Source: a bacterium (GTDB lineage Bacteria; Patescibacteriota; Minisyncoccia; Moranbacterales; UBA2206). From it: DNA of 47,813 nucleotides. The position numbers were made by a program, and so were the translations under genes. This document shows, piece by piece, positions 42,470-47,813 of the stretch (its first letter is position 1; every line of letters starts with the position of its first letter). The stretch covers positions 1 through 47,813 of the forward strand of contig JAJYGF010000008.1 of the NCBI GenBank assembly GCA_021785125.1, in the 5' to 3' direction. Under the pieces are notes generated by a model, which was given only the letters and a program-made list of their open reading frames with translations, had not been told where the DNA came from and did not search any database.

Positions 42470-42916
42470 TCAAACATAATTCCTGAGAATATCATCCACA
42501 TCATTCGGCGCAACTCTGGCAAAAACATTGCCGTTCACCACCACAACCGGACCGCTGCCACACTGGCCCAAACAACTGATGATTTCCAATTTGACTTTCG
42601 GATTGAACATGTCGCCCGCTTTGATATGCAACTGATTTTCGATCTCGCGTATGACTCTATTGGCGCTCTTAATCGCGCAATTCGCGCCGGAACAGACTTG
42701 GATGACTAGGGGCGGATCTTTTTGGGTCTTGACCAGATCATAAAAACTGGCCGTTTCAAAAACTTCGGATAACGGCAGAGAAAAATAATCCGCTATTTTT
42801 TGCGCGTCCTCTTTCGCCACATGGCCGAATCTGGCGCTTATTTTTTTCAGCACCGGCAATAAATTTTTCGTCTCCGGATCGAATTCCAAAAGAATTTTCT
42901 CGGTTGTGACATTCAT
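42470..42916 (-). CDS. NuoE/HoxE/HydC-like thioredoxin-fold 2Fe-2S subunit
   Basis: VCSGANCAIKS ... ISCLGQCGSGPVVVVNG. Confidence 0.88.
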   Translation of the reverse strand: MNVTTEKILLEFDPETKNLLPVLKKISARFGHVAKEDAQKIADYFSLPLSEVFETASFYDLVKTQKDPPLVIQVCSGANCAIKSANRVIREIENQLHIKAGDMFNPKVKLEIISCLGQCGSGPVVVVNGNVFARVAPNDVDDILRNYV

Positions 42917-42922
42917 AAGTAG

Positions 42923-42931
42923 ATTATATCA
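42923..42931 (-). promoter_or_regulatory. Extended -10 element (TGATATAAT) upstream of the nuoE-like gene
   Basis: The minus strand reads gtgatataatc a few nt before the ATG region. The -35 is weak. Confidence 0.4.
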
Positions 42932-42943
42932 CGTAAAATAAAA

Positions 42944-42980
42944 AGCGAAGATATTCCACTCCGCCCAGATCCGCTTCGCT
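42944..42980 (-). terminator. Hairpin after fba
   Basis: On the minus strand: agcgaag...cttcgct (7-bp stem, long loop) followed by ttttatttt. Confidence 0.4.
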
Positions 42981-43842
42981 ATATCCGGCCCACACTTCCA
43001 AAAAGATTCATTTTGTGCTTGACGCTCTCTTTCACCGCCTCGCGCGCCTCGCCCAAAATTGTTCTGATATCAAATCCGGGATCACTTTGCCCCTTGAAAG
43101 TCGCGCTCAAGCTGTTCACGAACGCCATCCTGGTATTGGTATCAACATTAAAACAGCTCACGCCTCGCTTGATCGCCTCAGTCGCTTTGCCATCCTCCCA
43201 ATCCGACGCTCCGTGCAAAACGATGGGCACATCGACAATTTCACGTATCTTGCTCAACCTATCCCAATCCGGCACTTCTCTCTCTATGAAAAACCCATGC
43301 GCGTTGCCGATAGCCACCGCCAACGTATCGATGCCGGTCTTTTCAACAAAATCCTTGGCTTGCTCCGGATCGGTCATGTACTTATCCCAATCCACGGCGC
43401 CCATCTTATGTTCGAACAAGTATGGCACATTGCCCAATTCGCCCTGGACAGGAATCCCTTTTTCATGGCAGAAATCGACGACTTCTTTGGTCACCATGAC
43501 ATTATCCTCGTAATTTTTGCGCGAACCGTCGTACATGACGGAATTGAATCCGATGGTGACCGCTCTTTTGACTATTTCAAAACTTTTGCCGTGGTCCAGG
43601 TGGATCGCGACCGGAACTTCCGGCGCATAGAATTCCACGTCGTTCTTCACGATGTTATACAGCATGCGGCCGCCGGCGTATTCCATGGTCTTCTCCGTGA
43701 TCTGGATGACGACCGGAGACTTGGTCTCTTTGGCCGCTTCGACGATCGCCCGGGTCGTTTCCATATTGGTGGTATTGAAGGCGCCGACCGCATAGCCGCC
43801 CGCCTTGGCTTTTTCCAGAATTTCTTTGACGCTGACAATCAT
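42979..43842 (-). CDS. fba: Class II fructose-bisphosphate aldolase
   Basis: GYAVGAFN, HLDHG and LHGASD motifs. Confidence 0.95.
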   Translation of the reverse strand: MIVSVKEILEKAKAGGYAVGAFNTTNMETTRAIVEAAKETKSPVVIQITEKTMEYAGGRMLYNIVKNDVEFYAPEVPVAIHLDHGKSFEIVKRAVTIGFNSVMYDGSRKNYEDNVMVTKEVVDFCHEKGIPVQGELGNVPYLFEHKMGAVDWDKYMTDPEQAKDFVEKTGIDTLAVAIGNAHGFFIEREVPDWDRLSKIREIVDVPIVLHGASDWEDGKATEAIKRGVSCFNVDTNTRMAFVNSLSATFKGQSDPGFDIRTILGEAREAVKESVKHKMNLFGSVGRI

Positions 43843-43846
43843 ATGC

Positions 43847-43967
43847 TTAAAAATTTTAAAGTCTAAATTTTAAATTTAAAATGAAATCTAAATGATTAAA
43901 TTTTAAATATTTGTAACTTAGGAATTTAAAATTGATTTAAAATTTATAATTTAAAATTAAAAATTTC
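43847..43967. repeat. AT-rich dispersed intergenic element, long copy E4
   Basis: ...aaatgaaatctaaatgattaaattttaaat...aatttaaaattgatttaaaatttataatttaaaatt... Its right end provides the last codons and the stop of tpiA. Confidence 0.7.
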
Positions 43968-44721
43968 CGTTTATTATTTCCGCGATTTTCACAAAGCTAT
44001 GCGGCACCAAACTCTCTTTTCCCACCAAAGCCCCGTCCATACCGGAATCGACGCAAGTCTCTTTCGCATTGGAAGGCGCCACCGATCCTCCGTATATGAT
44101 CATCGCTCTTTCGGCGGTCTTCAAGCCGTATTCTCCCGCTAGAAATTTCTTTATAAGCAGTCTGGCGCTCATTATTTCGTTCGTTGTCGGAAGATGATCG
44201 GGATTGTTCGAGCTGATGGCCCATACCGGCTCGTAACAAACTATGATACTTTCTATTTTTACTCTATTTATTCCGGCCAGGCATTCTTTTAATTGCCGCA
44301 TGATAACATTTTCACCGATCTGGTCTTTGTCCTCGCCCACGCATAATATGGGTTTCAGTCCGTTTTTCAAAGCCGCCAGAAGTTTCGCATTTATCGCGGC
44401 ATCGGTCTCACCGGAATATTTTCTTCTTTCGCTGTGGCCCAAAATCACATACTCACAGCCGAAATTCTTGAGCATGGCCGGAGAAATTTCTCCGGTATAC
44501 GAACCTTCGCCTTCAAAAAACATATCTTGCGCGCCAAGCTTGAATTTCTTGTCTTTCATTCCGGCAAAGCCCTCCAGATGCACGAATGGCGGACACAAGA
44601 CAATTTCGGAATAGGAAAGATTCTTGCCATCCAGCTCTTTTTCCATCCATTGCAAATACTTATCCCGCTCCGCCGGACTTTGCAGATTCATCTTGAGATT
44701 GCCTATGACAATTTTTTTCAT
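43957..44721 (-). CDS. tpiA: Triosephosphate isomerase
   Basis: IGNLKMN, GHSERR, YEPVWAI and GGSV motifs. The start is set at MKKIVIGN. Confidence 0.93.
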   Translation of the reverse strand: MKKIVIGNLKMNLQSPAERDKYLQWMEKELDGKNLSYSEIVLCPPFVHLEGFAGMKDKKFKLGAQDMFFEGEGSYTGEISPAMLKNFGCEYVILGHSERRKYSGETDAAINAKLLAALKNGLKPILCVGEDKDQIGENVIMRQLKECLAGINRVKIESIIVCYEPVWAISSNNPDHLPTTNEIMSARLLIKKFLAGEYGLKTAERAMIIYGGSVAPSNAKETCVDSGMDGALVGKESLVPHSFVKIAEIINGNF

Positions 44722-44725
44722 ATCA

Positions 44726-45205
44726 TTACAAATACATGGTGACACCCAACACGATCAGCCCCGAAACCATCGTGCCCAAAAGCAAAAGCGGCAGGGATTT
44801 TTTCAGCGGTATGTCAAAAATGAACGCCGCCAAAGCTCCGGTCATGCCGCCGATAAGCGGAATGGGCGTGGCAGCCAGAATAAAAATTGTCCACGAACCG
44901 TATTTCTGCATTCTTTTATCCGCCCTTTTGCGAGTATGTTCAAACAGCCATTTGAAAAATTTGTCAAAAACAGAAATATGTTTTGAAAGGAATTTGGCTA
45001 TCGGATCAAGAGCCAGAATTATGATTACCATGGCAAAAAAAGTTCCGAAAACAGAATAAAACCAGGACCAGAAAGCGCCTAAGCCGTAAACTTTATACGC
45101 CAGCGGCAAAGCCGCGCGCAGTTCAGTCACCGGAATGGCCGCGATCAAGAATGTCGCCAGCGGCTTTGGAAAATTTGAAAACAGATGGAAAATAAAATCG
45201 TGCAT
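44726..45205 (-). CDS. Small multi-pass membrane protein (COG2426 / small multidrug-export-like)
   Basis: IPVTELRAALPLA motif, 4 TM, 159 aa. Confidence 0.55.
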   Translation of the reverse strand: MHDFIFHLFSNFPKPLATFLIAAIPVTELRAALPLAYKVYGLGAFWSWFYSVFGTFFAMVIIILALDPIAKFLSKHISVFDKFFKWLFEHTRKRADKRMQKYGSWTIFILAATPIPLIGGMTGALAAFIFDIPLKKSLPLLLLGTMVSGLIVLGVTMYL

Positions 45206-45231
45206 AAATTTATATGTCTTATGTTTTTTGG

Positions 45232-46248
45232 TTACTGATTTCGTAAGAAATCAGCGGCAACCTCCGGCTGAATAGTGGAAATTTCAATTCCGGTCGAAAG
45301 CTCAAATCCCGCCCAATTCGCGGTGTGCGGCAGGATCTCAATATGCCAATGGAAATGCGGATAATCCTTGCCGTCGCATGGCGATGTATGGAGATAGAAA
45401 TTATAGGCCGGGTCATCCAGAGCCTTAAAAATATTTTTGATCGAGATCTGCAACGCTTCGGCCAGAGCTATTTTTTCCTTGTCATTCGTCCTTTCAAAAT
45501 ACGGCTTATGTTTTTTCGGCACGACCCAGACTTCGAAAGCGGCACGCGACGAGAATGGACAATACGCCAGAAAATGCTCGTTTTCAAAAACCACCCGCTT
45601 CTTGTGCTCCAATTCCCATTCGATTATGGCGCAATAGACGCAATGCTTGTTGGCCTTGTGATAATTTTCCGCTCCGTCCAGTTCTCCCTGGACATACGGC
45701 GAAATCACCGGAATAGCCATCAGTTGGGAATGCGGATGTCCGATGGAAGCTCCGGCTTCCTTGCCGTGATTATGGAAGATCTCGATATAGTTCACGCTCT
45801 TCTTATTCATCAGGTCGATGTATCTTTCCTGATATGCGTCGACGATCTCCGCCACCTCCAGCACGTTCATCTGGGCGATCTGCCGGTGGTGGTCCCGCGT
45901 CACGATCAATTCATGATAGCCGGTACCGTCCATGGCGAAATACGGACCCTCTTCTTTGTGCTTCACTTTTTTCTCAGGCTCGAAGGCCGGATATTTGTTC
46001 GGAAAGACGCGCAAGCTCCAATCGCCGTCAGCACGCTCATACATGAGCACGTCTTTTTCCTGGCCCGTCTCTTCCGGATAGCAGAAAAAACAAGGCTTGT
46101 TCGGATCCTCTTCGATCGGCGCCCTCTTCTTCGCAAAATCCTCCGGCCGCTTGGCACGCCCGGTCGCGATGACGACCCAATCTCCGGTCACCAGATCCTG
46201 CCGCAATTCGGTTGGTTGTGTTTTGTTTTTTGTATTTTTTTCCTCCAT
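45232..46248 (-). CDS. galT: Galactose-1-phosphate uridylyltransferase family (HIT superfamily)
   Basis: LRQDLVTGDWVVIATGRAKRP, CFFC and GHPHSQLMA. Confidence 0.88.
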   Translation of the reverse strand: MEEKNTKNKTQPTELRQDLVTGDWVVIATGRAKRPEDFAKKRAPIEEDPNKPCFFCYPEETGQEKDVLMYERADGDWSLRVFPNKYPAFEPEKKVKHKEEGPYFAMDGTGYHELIVTRDHHRQIAQMNVLEVAEIVDAYQERYIDLMNKKSVNYIEIFHNHGKEAGASIGHPHSQLMAIPVISPYVQGELDGAENYHKANKHCVYCAIIEWELEHKKRVVFENEHFLAYCPFSSRAAFEVWVVPKKHKPYFERTNDKEKIALAEALQISIKNIFKALDDPAYNFYLHTSPCDGKDYPHFHWHIEILPHTANWAGFELSTGIEISTIQPEVAADFLRNQ

Positions 46249-46272
46249 TTTATCTGGCCGAAGCCAAAACGA

Positions 46273-47028
46273 TTATTTATTTTTTATTTTATATTGCCCG
46301 GTCAACATCCGCCACTTCACCTGCATCAGCTCTTTCAGAGTGTTTATGTAAGCTTTAACATTTACGAGACTCTGTCCGGCATCCACCCACACCACCGGAA
46401 TCTCAACAATCTCATATCCCATCTTTTTGGCCAGCATCAGCATCTCGAAATCTCCGCCCCAGCGATCGACTTTCATCTTTGGAATTATATCCAGCGTCGC
46501 TTTTTCGGAAAGGACCTTGAAGCCACACTGCGTATCTTCGATCCCTCGAAGACCCATCAAAAATTGAATAAATAAGTTTCCGGCGTCGCCCAGCACTTCC
46601 TTCCATTTCGGCTGATGTTTCTTAATCTTCGACTCCTTCATATCGCGCGATCCTATGATGACATCTCTTCCATCTTTCATCTCTCTCCAAAAATTCTCCA
46701 TGTTAACGATGGAAGTCGCACCGTCAGCATCGGTGAACAGTCTAAACTTTCCGTTGGCTTTGAGCAGGCCTTCCCGGACGGAATACCACTTCCCCCTATT
46801 TTCTTTCCTGTCTATAATTTCTATCTTACTCACAAGCCCAGAAAGGCTCTTCACAAATTCGACCGTATTATCCTTCGATCCATCATTAATAACAATAACC
46901 TCATAATCTATGCCTTTTTGTTTAAGATGCGTGCCGATATCTTGAAGATTTTTTTCAAGCTCATTGCCTTTGCGACTGCCTTCGTTGTAAGCCGGAATGA
47001 TGACCGACAGATAAGGTTTCTGCTCCAT
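46273..47028 (-). CDS. Family 2 glycosyltransferase (dolichyl/polyprenyl-phosphate glycosyltransferase-like)
   Basis: LSVIIPAYNE, VIVINDGSKDNT and FTDADGA. Confidence 0.88.
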   Translation of the reverse strand: MEQKPYLSVIIPAYNEGSRKGNELEKNLQDIGTHLKQKGIDYEVIVINDGSKDNTVEFVKSLSGLVSKIEIIDRKENRGKWYSVREGLLKANGKFRLFTDADGATSIVNMENFWREMKDGRDVIIGSRDMKESKIKKHQPKWKEVLGDAGNLFIQFLMGLRGIEDTQCGFKVLSEKATLDIIPKMKVDRWGGDFEMLMLAKKMGYEIVEIPVVWVDAGQSLVNVKAYINTLKELMQVKWRMLTGQYKIKNK

Positions 47029-47097
47029 GTTTTTAGGCTTTTATCAATAGTTAAAAGGCATACTTCCGATTGCGGTAATTATAGCACAAACCCAGCA

Positions 47098-47141
47098 AGC
47101 TGGGAATTTTAAATTTAAAATTTTAAATTTTAAATTTTAAA
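47098..47141. repeat. Short AT-rich heptamer array (E7)
   Basis: gggaattttaaatttaaaattttaaattttaaattttaaatt, with ATTTTAA-type units. Confidence 0.6.
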
Positions 47142-47558
47142 TTATTGCCTGTCCAGCCAGCTTTGCAGGATTATTCTGGCCGCTTCCTGATTATCTAGAT
47201 CTTTGATGTTTTTCTTGCCGGTCTCTTTGATCCGGTCTTCAGCCATCTTAGTTGTGAACGCCTCATCTTCAAATTCCACCCGGACCATCGGAAAAAAATC
47301 CCCGATCTCATCGGCAAATTTGGAAATATTCAAAGAACTGAATTTCTCCGACTCTTTCGGCTTACCGATGACGATCGTCTCAATTGCTTCTTTTACAAAA
47401 ATATCTCCAAGCTTATCAATCAAAGCTCTATCATTATCCAAAGTGCCATAAGCGAAAGCAATTTTGGTCTCGCTATCCGCTTTGGCCAATCCAATCTTGG
47501 CTTCTCCAAAATCTACCCCTAAAATATGGCTTATTTCGGCTGAATTTTGCATAGGCAT
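47142..47558 (-). CDS. ruvX: Holliday-junction resolvase-like RuvX/YqgF
   Basis: ILGVDFGEAKIGLAKAD N-terminus, 138 aa. Confidence 0.88.
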   Translation of the reverse strand: MPMQNSAEISHILGVDFGEAKIGLAKADSETKIAFAYGTLDNDRALIDKLGDIFVKEAIETIVIGKPKESEKFSSLNISKFADEIGDFFPMVRVEFEDEAFTTKMAEDRIKETGKKNIKDLDNQEAARIILQSWLDRQ

Positions 47559-47650
47559 TGACTTTTTAATAAACTTATGATAGAATACAAAATCAGTTTC
47601 GATTACATGTTCTTATTATAAACTTGCTCTTTTATTAAGAGGAGAATGCC

Positions 47651-47813
47651 ATGCTAAAGAAAATAATAGTTTTTTTGTTAGGATATGTCTCATTCCTGTT
47701 TCTTTGGGATGCGGCATTAACATGGCGGTTTAAAATCCCGTATGTCAGTTACCTGACAATAGGTCACGACATAGCAATAGCCACCATCTTGGCCATAGCA
47801 GCTATCGCAATAC
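47651..47813 (+). CDS. Membrane protein, N-terminal fragment (runs off the window)
   Basis: aagaggag lies 6 nt before the ATG. MLKKIIVFLLGYVSFLFLW... is hydrophobic. Confidence 0.5.
   Translation, partial: MLKKIIVFLLGYVSFLFLWDAALTWRFKIPYVSYLTIGHDIAIATILAIAAIAI

Noticed and set aside
43015-46575. Long plus-strand ORFs (283 aa over fba, 416 aa over galT/GT2). Similar ones lie over the hydrogenase subunits (33293-33847, 35197-35841), gap (31809-32288) and the HydA-like/NuoF-like genes (40253-41008, 41766-42443).
   Set aside because: All lie antisense to genes with clear family motifs. They are typical shadow ORFs.

Overview
This is a gene-dense bacterial window, coded almost entirely on the minus strand. 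The streamlined housekeeping genes, ThrRS without its N-terminal domain, salvage-type nucleotide genes, fermentative glycolysis genes plus a hydrogenase, and many small hypothetical membrane proteins suggest a small-genome CPR/Patescibacteria-like organism; that is inference. Recognisable core genes are smc (5' fragment), rnc, nusB, rpmF, rnhB, dnaE, thrS, miaB, miaA, gatB, rplA, rplK, nusG, secE, murD, gap, fba, tpiA, galT, ruvX and one tRNA-Ala(UGC). Six regions merit a second look. (1) At 32.4-42.9 kb there is a hydrogenase locus. It joins a group-3 [NiFe] large/small subunit pair to a NuoE/NuoF/HydA-like module of the kind normally attached to [FeFe] hydrogenases. Its Hyp maturation set is pared down: a HypF fragment, a Zn-finger-less HypA-like protein, no hypB, and no C-terminal extension on the large subunit. 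A membrane-anchored matrixin-type protease gene sits between the two catalytic subunit genes. (2) A family of AT-rich dispersed elements built on heptanucleotide repeats occupies intergenic spacers. Related sequence also sits in frame inside rnhB, miaB and the hypF fragment. (3) A RAYT-type HUH transposase is flanked by GTAG-headed palindromes. One copy lies inside its own CDS, and degenerate copies lie inside dnaE and thrS. (4) At 22.9-27.8 kb an accessory segment abuts tRNA-Ala. It contains duplicated cassettes, a thrice-repeated 3' element and an over-represented CTCGAACT core, but no integrase. (5) At 16.5-20.6 kb there is a compact deoxypyrimidine operon with a double-length ThyX-like protein and two paralogous P-loop kinases. 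(6) At 13795-13947 there is an untracked 50-codon ORF with 8 Cys and a strong RBS. All functional calls rest on motif and family recognition by eye. No searches were run.
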